Source of the DNA: Paraspadella gotoi
Taxonomy: Eukaryota > Animalia > Chaetognatha
Assembly: GCA_051294375.1 (NCBI GenBank)
Contig: CM119266.1
Coordinates: 6,961,431 to 7,025,430 of the forward strand
Length of the DNA: 64,000 nucleotides
Direction of reading: 5' to 3'
Part shown: positions 55,951 through 64,000 of the stretch, piece after piece
Layout: each line of letters starts with the position of its first letter
How positions within the stretch are numbered: the stretch's first letter is position 1
Program-made: the position numbers and the translations under genes
Notes under the pieces: generated by a model
Database searches by the model: none
Seen by the model: the letters and a program-made list of their open reading frames with translations, nothing else
Told to the model about the DNA's origin: nothing

Positions 55951-56665
55951 GTCCAAAGTCAGGGGCAAGATAGCTTATTTATTAAATGAGATGGATAATT
56001 TTTATATTGGTGTTACCAATTTCATAAAATTCAGCTCCTTGTATTTTGATGCTAGTGCGGAGTACAATAAGTATTCCCCGATCTAATACTTAAGGGAGTG
56101 GTCTTTTCATACAATTGAAACATTTCTTGAAATATTTTCCACTTCATTGATAGGGAAGCCAGGTACTCTGGAGTGAATAAACGGGACTGTGAGAGAGTCT
56201 TGATTGAAAGCTTACAGGGACCTGCTATGTCATTATCTTGTAAGAGTGATGGAGGCCTTAAACCACCAAAGCCTGTCCAAAGTCAGGGGCAAGATAGCTT
56301 ATTTATTAAATGAATGGATTATTTTTATATTGGTTGTACCAATTTCATAAAATTCAGCTCCTTGTATTTTGATGCTAGTGCGGAGTACAATAAGTATTCC
56401 CGATCTAATACTTAAGGGAGTGTCTTTTCATACAATTGAAACATTCTTTGAAATATTTTCCACTTCATTGACAGGAAGCCAGGTACTCTGGGAGTGAATA
56501 AACGGGACTGTGAGAGAGTCTTGATTGAAAGCTTACAGGGACTGCTATGTCATTATCTTGTAAGAGTGATGGAGGCCTTAAACACCAAAGCCTGTCCAAA
56601 GTCGGGCAAGATAGTTATTTATTAAATGAATGGATAATTTTTATATTGGTTGTACCAATTTCATA
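55951..56665 (+). repeat. Tandem array of repeat family A (~320-bp unit, about 2.2 copies)
   Basis: gtccaaagtc(ag)gggcaagatag recurs at 55951, ~56275 and ~56593. Confidence 0.92.
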
Positions 56666-56901
56666 TACCAGTTGACTTCTCATTGCATTCAGATCCAAAT
56701 ACCGTGTATTGGTAAAACACACCTCAACTCGATAAACCGAGGGGAGCTTTTGCTCCTGCTCCCCGCTACCCCCCGACCGTTCCACCATGAACTTTGCACC
56801 ATTTCTTCGGTCTCCACTGTAACTTTGCTTTATAATCTTCCACCGGCCTTCTGACTTCCCGCGCCTTTCGCACGCTCACCGTCGACGAAACTTTGGAGGA
56901 A

Positions 56902-59900
56902 ATGTTGGGGGAACGGACAGAGGAAGAGGACCTGAGTCACGTGATCGCCACTATCGCCGCCGAGCTCAAAGCAAGCACACTTCACGCGCAGCTGCTCAAG
57001 GCAGCACAGGACGAGGTTTCGAAAATGATAAACGGCATTGGGCGATGAAGACGATCAAAGTCGATCATTGATTATAATTATGAAATTGGAACAACCAATA
57101 TAATTATAAACGATGGTCATCGCATACTTGTTTTCCGATACAAAAAGAGAAGACTAATTTGACCTTGTTTTGGTTAATTATAAATCTCATCTCGAATCTT
57201 ACAGGTTACACGAAGCGGGATACAATTTGCGGATTTAAAAAACGGGGTGATAACGGCTCTTCGCAATTCCGGGTTATAAAGCGATGGCGATGATTTAATT
57301 TAAATTTTAATCGAAATTAAACTCCAATTTTTTACGGTACAAAGGTGGGAAAAGAATTTGCGAAACGCCGTGTATCAACTGATGCAAAAGACACCACCAA
57401 TGAATCAAGCAATCGCTCTCACGCCCAAAGAACAACAGAAAGAACCCATCGCTTATCTCAGGAAAGCACAAGTACTGCGGATTTATTTAAAGCAACATTT
57501 TTATCTCTCCAGACGGGCGAATGCCCAACTTGGGCGAGATGTTAATTCGTTTCTGCTTCTTTTGACCGTAGTCATCGTCATCACGTTGTTTTAACATTGA
57601 AAAGAGCTTAAGTGTATAACCATAGGAAGCTAAAAAATTAGCTTCTAATCAGCAAGATCTTTTAGATTCACATATTTTATATTCCTCCACTCATTTGTTT
57701 GTTTTATTTATAAAACAATTTATATATATATATAAACAAATTCAGCTGTCTAGCTATCTCTTTCTCTTTCAAATATATGTCGCTCTTTCTTTCAATTATA
57801 TGTCACTTTTTTTTTTCGTCGCTGCTTCTTCTGATTCGTCTAAAAATGAGTTAAGCTTTGCAGCGGCTGTCCTGCGGCTGTCAAGCTTCTGTCTATATTT
57901 TTTTTACTCTCTTTCTCTCTCTCTCTTTTTCTCTCTCTTTCCCTCTCTCTTTCTCTCTCTTTTATTTTCTCTCTCTCTCTTTTTTTTCTCTCTCATACAT
58001 TCATTTGTTTGTTTTATTTATAATGAATGACTATCATCGCATCAATGAATTACTTTCATCGCAATAATTAATGATTATTATCGCATCAATGAATAATTAT
58101 CATCGCATGAATAAATGATTATTATCGCATCAATAAATAATTATCATCGTATTCATCATTTAGTTAACATTGCATCAATAATTTGGTTATCATCGCATTA
58201 ATATTTAGATATCATCGTATCAATATTTGGTTATCATCGTATCAATCCTTTGGTTATCATCGCATCATATTCATAATTTGGTTATCATCGCATCAATATT
58301 TGGTTATCATCGCATAAATATTTGGTTATTATTGCATCAATAATCAATTATTATTATATCAATCAATTATTATTATATCAATCAATTAATTACTGTTATA
58401 TCAATCCATCACTGTTACGTCAATCAATCAATTACTATTACATCAATCAATCAATTATTATTATATTAATTCATTATCACATTAATCTTTTTTTTTAATT
58501 TTTATTATTTCATTAATTTTCTTGAATAGTAACGTCTGGCGAGATCACTATACTTTTAAGATGAAGAGACAGTAATTATTGATATGTGTTAATGACAGAA
58601 CCGTTCATTATAAGCAGTCCCTGAGCTTAGGATCAGGCTGTAACACCATGTTACAGGCGGGTTAAGCGCCCCGTCCCTCTAAACTGCCAGACGACCACCG
58701 GGCTAGAACCCCGGACCTTTGGGTTGGGAGGCGAATGACTTGCCTCCGGCACCAATGGCCGCTGATGAACGGTTGGTGGATTTTAGTCCACCATACATCC
58801 CCCCTCCCAAAGGGAGAAGTCTGTTGCGTCTCTTCAGTGAATTGTTGTTGTTGGTGGAAAGTTCGTCACCAAGTTGAGGCATGTCGCCTGATGTGTTGTG
58901 GGCGGAAAGTGCATCGCCAGGTTGAGGCATGTCGCCTGAAAGTGTTGTTGTTGCTGTTGTGTTCGGAAGTCGGGCTCACCAATGAAGAGACAGTAATTAT
59001 TGATATGTGTTAATGACAGAACCGTTCATTATAAGCAGTCCCTGAGCTTCAGATCAGGCTGTAACACCATGTTACAGGCGGGTTAAGCGCCCCGTCCCTC
59101 TAAACTGCCAGACGACCACCGGGCTAGAACCCCGGACCTTTGGGCTGGGAGGGAAATGACTTGCCTCCGGCACCAATGGCCGCTGATGAACGGTTGGTGG
59201 ATTTTAGTCCACCATAAAGATTTTTAAAATTTAATTAACATTTGTTTTGTTTTTTTCTGAAGGTTAACTGGGAGAAAAGAATTTTAAAGAGCCTAAATAG
59301 CATGTGCACAGAGATTGGCATCCCGCTAGCTAGGCGAAGAAACACTCTCGAACAGAAAGTAAGCTTTACTGAGATTGTTTAGTAATTGACAACAGTTTAG
59401 ACTGAGAGCTGTGACAAAGTTTCATTGTAAACTTTTTTAAAGGATATCGCGGCCAAGTGGAACGAATTGGGCTCCGATGAACCGGATTTGAGTCTTTTCA
59501 GGTATAATCCATCTTCAGTCAAGTGTTCGGCAGATAGACTAACGGCTAACTTTTCGTTGCAGGCCAGTGTATGCCCCAAAAGACTTTTTGGATGTTGTTA
59601 TGAGCTTGAGGAACCCAAACTTCCACTATGGAGACGCGAACAGCCACACAAATTTTTGGGGTATCATTCAGGTAAAAGTTTCAACGATAAAAATTAATGA
59701 ATAATGTTATTCGATAATCACGCTATTCATCCTCCAGGTTCCCCTCAAGGTCCGTGAGATGCGCTCCCTCCGTCAACTCTACTCCGAACTGGCGACGACT
59801 CGTCCTCAGATTGGCGTCGACGACGCGCTCGAGAATCCCCCGGAACTCTTCGAGCACGACGCCGTCAAGCAGGGGAAGCGGACGTTGGCGCAGAACAGCT

Positions 59901-61585
59901 CGCCGTCCGCGCAAGACTACGCCAAGACAGGGTGCCCCATCGCCCTCCGCGGCGACGTATGGTGCAAGATACTGGGCGTGGCGGTCGACGACGTGGACCG
60001 GCTCTACTACGAGCAATTAAAGCAATGCGTGTTCCAGCACGAACTTCTGGTCGACAGTCTGATCTACAAGGATGTCAAACTGACGGCCACGAACGACGAT
60101 CAGTACTTCGTCTTCGAGGACTACCTCCACCAGGCGCTGCTGATCTTTTCGAGGGACACGCACGTCTTGAAGCACTTCCGCCTGAGCAGCTCCACTCCTG
60201 CCAAGTCCTACATCCGCGGCAAGCTTGGCATGGAGGACTATGCCGTGGTGTATCCGCCAAACGGTGTCATTCCCTTCCACGGCTTCTCCATGTACGTGGC
60301 GCCGCTCTGCTACATCTACAGCGACCCCGTGTTCCTTTACTACGTCTTTAGAGAGATGTACACCCGCTTCTTCTTCCGCCTGCACTGCATTTCGTCCCAC
60401 CCGCAGGTGCGTGGGAGCAATTCTTGTCGAATTTTAACGTTATAACGCCTGTAACATGTTACAGCCTGATCCGAAGCTCAGGGGCTGCTTATTAAAGCGT
60501 TGCAAAAATATTATAATCAAATAGAATCAAAATTCGAATAGTAGATCATGAACTGGCTTGTACCTGTGAACATTTTAAATTAAAAAAAAATTATTTTTTA
60601 TTTTTTAATTTTCGCATACGCCCATATTTATACATAGTACGCACTATAGAAAATGTAAAAATTTTAAAATGTTTTTTTTCTATTTTTGAATGCAGATTCG
60701 AATTCCTTACGAAAAGTTGATAAAAGAAAATATAACTTATTTTAGAAAATTATTTCATTAAGTAGGTCAAAATCCTTAAAAACTGTTATTGTTAACCTAT
60801 AATTTAATTTTAGTATAAAAATATATTTTTTTTAAATTTTTAGTTAACTTAATGAAAGAATTTTTGATTAAGACTTATATTTTCTTTTATCAACTTTTAT
60901 GAGGAATGTATTAATATGGGCATATGCGAAAATTTATAAATAAAAAAAATTATATATCAATGTTTTTTAGTACAACTATTCGAATTTTTAATTTTTAATC
61001 TGCAACTTTCACTACGCCTTACTGCTTATTGAACGGTTCTGTCACTCTTAACAATTATTACTGTCTCTTCAATACTTACGGTAACTTTTACTTTTACTAA
61101 TTCCTTTTGTATACGACTATACATGTTTTTTAAAATTTTACGAACACAAAAAAAATAAACGATTCACACAAAGTAACCTAACTCGGTTTTTATAATTTTT
61201 AATTTATATTTTATAATTTAAAATCCTATTTCCGCAGGGCATCGTCGCTCTCTGCGTCCTCTTTGAGCAACTGCTGCAGACGCATGAACCGCAGCTGGCG
61301 TTCTACCTGAAGACGGTGGGCGTGCAGGCGACCCGAATCGCCTTCAGGTGGCTCATCCGCGCCTACTCGGGCTATCTGGCCAGCGATCAGGTCATGCTGC
61401 TTTGGGACAAGATCCTCGCCTACAACTCGCTCGAGATCCTTGCCGTTCTCGCGCTCGGCGTCTTCAGCTTCCGGAAAGTCAACCTCATGCAAATCCAGTC
61501 GCACGCCGCCGGCGAGGCCGTGCTGGCAGATCTGACATCGCTCAAAGTTGTTCCCATCATACAACTGGCGCTTTTCTCGAAATAA
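56902..61585 (+). CDS. TBC1D19: TBC1 domain family member 19, ~8 exons
   Basis: MLGERTEEEDLSHVIATI, GWEKNLRNAVY, WEKRILKSLNSMCTE, KWNELGSDEPDLSLFRPVYAPKDFL, LIYKDVKLTATNDDQYFVFEDYL, YPPNGVIPFHGFSMY, QVMLLWDKILAYNSLE. Confidence 0.95.
58030..58480 (+). repeat. Degenerate ~21-24-bp minisatellite (ttatcatcgcatcaat.. / atcaatcaattattat..) in a TBC1D19 intron
   Basis: Repeated ttatcatcgcatcaat and ttggttatcatcg motifs. Confidence 0.85.
58561..59215 (-). mobile_element. Two copies (58561-58795, 58982-59215) of a tRNA-derived SINE-like element (family C)
   Basis: 72-nt tRNA-like head (58762-58691; 59183-59112) with 7-bp acceptor stem GCGGCCA/TGGTCGT, T-arm CCGGG-GTTCTAG-CCCGG and B-box-like GGTTCTAGCC; a third, headless copy at 60445-61070. 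Confidence 0.7.
60445..61070 (+). mobile_element. Family C SINE body split by a 529-bp family B MITE (60493-61021) with 8-bp target-site duplication CTGCTTAT
   Basis: cgcctgtaacatgttacagcctgatccgaagctcagggg-ctgcttat | taaagcg..cgcctta | ctgcttat-tgaacggttctgtca..actgtctcttca. Confidence 0.8.
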
Positions 61586-63043
61586 CCTTCCCTCGATCGT
61601 TTATACATAATTACTATTTTCCTATTACTGATCATTCTGATCGCCTGACCTCACTGAGTCACTCGCCTCCGAAATCTGTTCAAATTTAGTCATTTAGACG
61701 TTCGAATTCTTATGCTTGACACATAATGGTTAATCGCTTTGTTCATGCTTACTACAGAAACTTGTTAACTTATTAATTAATCACGCTATGCTAAATTGTA
61801 ATCTACTAGTTCATATCCAAAGACGACAACCTTAATGTTCATTTGTATTGTGGTTAGATGGTCTTATCACCATGGAGACAGAATTGAGTTCAGTTAGGAC
61901 GCTTTCACCTTGCGAAGCAATCGACTATCTCGTATGTAATTCGGCGTGAAATGTTGAGGTTTTGGCGGCTCTAATTGACCGAATTTTCCGGTTTCTATCG
62001 TGTTACGTACAATAGTTTAGTATTTATCTGACGCTGTGATGAACTATGGCTTTCATGGACCTGATAATGTTATAGGGCCGATGCACCACTGTTAGAGGGC
62101 GATTGTTGTGGGCGATGCCGGCGGGCGCCGGCCGGGCTTAGGAAGCACAAGACCCTCTAACGCGTGGACCACAATGTCAGTTAACCACACGGGACGGCAC
62201 GGTTGACCACAATGAATACAAAAGAGAACAGGGGACGCCAACTGATAAAGGACTCGCATTCGAACACGTACTTTCTTATTTAATATATAACTTTTAGATG
62301 ATGTTCTTCAGAGAATTTTCTCCATCAATAACTTCGCGCTTTAATTTACTTATGTTAATTTTAAAATCAATATTTGTTTACTTATTATAAAGGACCAATA
62401 ATAGTTAAACACCGATATGAAAGTTGTCTTTTGTTTTTGTTCTCTCCTCTCTTCGCCACCTTTCGTCAGTGTCGTCAGCTTGGCTTTCCCCCGCGGCCTT
62501 TTTACGCAGACCATTTTTTCATGAAAAAATAATTCCTTTCATGTTCGATTTCTTTTCTTCTTCCTTGTGATAGACTAGGACGGTTTGTCAGATTTTTCTT
62601 TAATTTTACTGAATTTTTACCGAATATTTGTCTTGTTAAGTTTGTTAATATTTGTTTTGAAAAATTAATGGGGAAATGTTTGGGCCGCCATTGTCGCGTC
62701 CGCGATTTGTAACGCTTTCCTCTTTGGCGTTCTGAGTCTGAGAGTCTGAGAGTCGCCATCCACTCCAGAAACCAGATGAAGCATTGATGGCTTCCCGTCT
62801 TTCGGGTCAAACGTCGTTGTATCGACCTGTGGTGTGAAGTGGTTAATTCTGCGCCAACCTCGTTCGCCAACCAAGTTCGCTTCGTCTTGTAACGCATAAT
62901 CGTCTTCATTGACCCGGCTCATACATGCGAACGAACTTTTCTGACATACCATTATCTTTCTTTGTCAGATTCAGAAAAAATCAGATCCGCTTTCAGATCC
63001 GTTGTAGTATAACTTAAATCCGTCAGTCTCTTTGTCCGTCAAG

Positions 63044-63635
63044 ATGGCGACGGGCAGCGACGTCCGTGACATTCTCGATCTTGACGAGGCGTCGCCTGCC
63101 GGAGTCTCGCCGGCCGGAATGAGCCGACGTGACGTGCTGTTCGGGGCGGACAAGCCCAAGCGGAAGCCGGCGCCCAAGCCGCTCGTCAAGAAGCCCGAGG
63201 GGTTGAGTCGCGAAGTCTGGGGTCTCCTCTACTCGGACTCCCGGGATCCTCCGCCTATCGTGCCCACGGACTCGGCCTCGGCCGGTAAGGAAATATCAAT
63301 TCGGTTGTGCTTTACATGCAAATTAACTCTCAATTTTTTATTAATGAGAAGAAAAATATGGCTGAAGTTATATCTTTGTCCTGAAGTTAAAATATCCGAC
63401 AAACCATAAGCCTTTCCCTCTTCTTTCTCCTCCAGGATACAAACAAGCCAAGATCAAACTGGGCGTCCAACGCGTCCGTCCCTGGCGCTGGACTCCTTTC
63501 GCCAACCCGGCGCGGAAAGACTCCCTGGTTCTGCATCACTGGCGTCGCGTCGCCGACGAGGGGAAGGAGTATCCCTTCGCGCGGTTCGACAAGTCCGTCG
63601 ACGTACCCGTTTACTCTGACGCCGAATACGCGCAG
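63044..63635 (+). CDS. DMAP1: DNA methyltransferase 1-associated protein 1 (Swc4/Eaf2), first two exons (63044-63284, ~63436-63635); continues beyond the window
   Basis: MATGSDVRDILDL, KPEGLSREVWGLL, GYKQAKIKLG..VRPWRWTPFANPARKDSLVLHHWRR..EYPFARFDK. Confidence 0.93.
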
Positions 63636-64000
63636 GTGGAGAGAGAGAAAGAAAAAAGTTCCCTTTTTAGTTTTAACATTAATTTATCACCATTTTTCTT
63701 TTCTGTCACTCATCAGTAGTGATGTGAAAATGATAAAATTTTAGAAAATTAAAATTTAGCATATTGAACATGAAAACAAAAATCAATAAAAATACTTGTG
63801 TAAATTTATTTTTTAATTTTATATAATAGTGGGCACCAGTAAGCTATATTTTTATATAATAATAAGTATATAATAGCTAAAATTTTGTAATTTTAAGATC
63901 GGATTTGGATTCTTTGCAAAAAGTAGATATAAGAGAGTATAATTCTTTTTTGAAAATTATTTTATTAAGTTTTATTAAATTTTATTTAAGACACCGATTT

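Noticed and set aside
58691-58762. Functional tRNA gene
   Set aside because: Anticodon stem unpaired, atypical T-loop, and embedded in a repeated element; treated as a SINE head
60055-60295. TBC domain lacking canonical Arg- and Gln-fingers (IYKDVKLT, PFHG)
   Set aside because: As I recall, the same residues occur in TBC1D19 orthologues, so this is a family trait rather than a novelty

Overview
Eukaryotic (animal-like) genomic DNA with GC/CpG-rich exons and short AT-rich introns. Spliced genes I could reconstruct by eye: SLC12A9/CIP1 (minus; true exons 24913-22098 and 5007-270), a divergent Rab11 (plus), SFMBT1/2-like 4xMBT-SLED-SAM (minus), an OMA1-like M48 metalloprotease (minus), RFC1 (minus), BMS1 (minus), membralin/TMEM259 (minus), TBC1D19 (plus) and the 5' part of DMAP1 (plus). 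The stretch ~5.1-22.0 kb is very probably an assembly artefact around an intronic (AATAG)n microsatellite: an insertion-ridden fold-back copy, duplicated haplotype segments and a 25-N gap. It also contains exons of a second SLC12A9 paralogue. The most notable observations are (1) a Penelope-type minimal hammerhead ribozyme in a long hairpin, whose loop II is interrupted by a second repeat, all nested in a MITE inside an OMA1-like intron; (2) an RFC1 with no BRCT domain; (3) a 166-nt BMS1-RFC1 spacer with an apparently unpaired splice acceptor, suggesting operon/trans-splicing; (4) an OMA1-like protease lacking a basic presequence; (5) a tRNA-derived SINE, two GC-AG introns and an AT-hook in SFMBT. 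All alignments were done by eye; no database searches were run.
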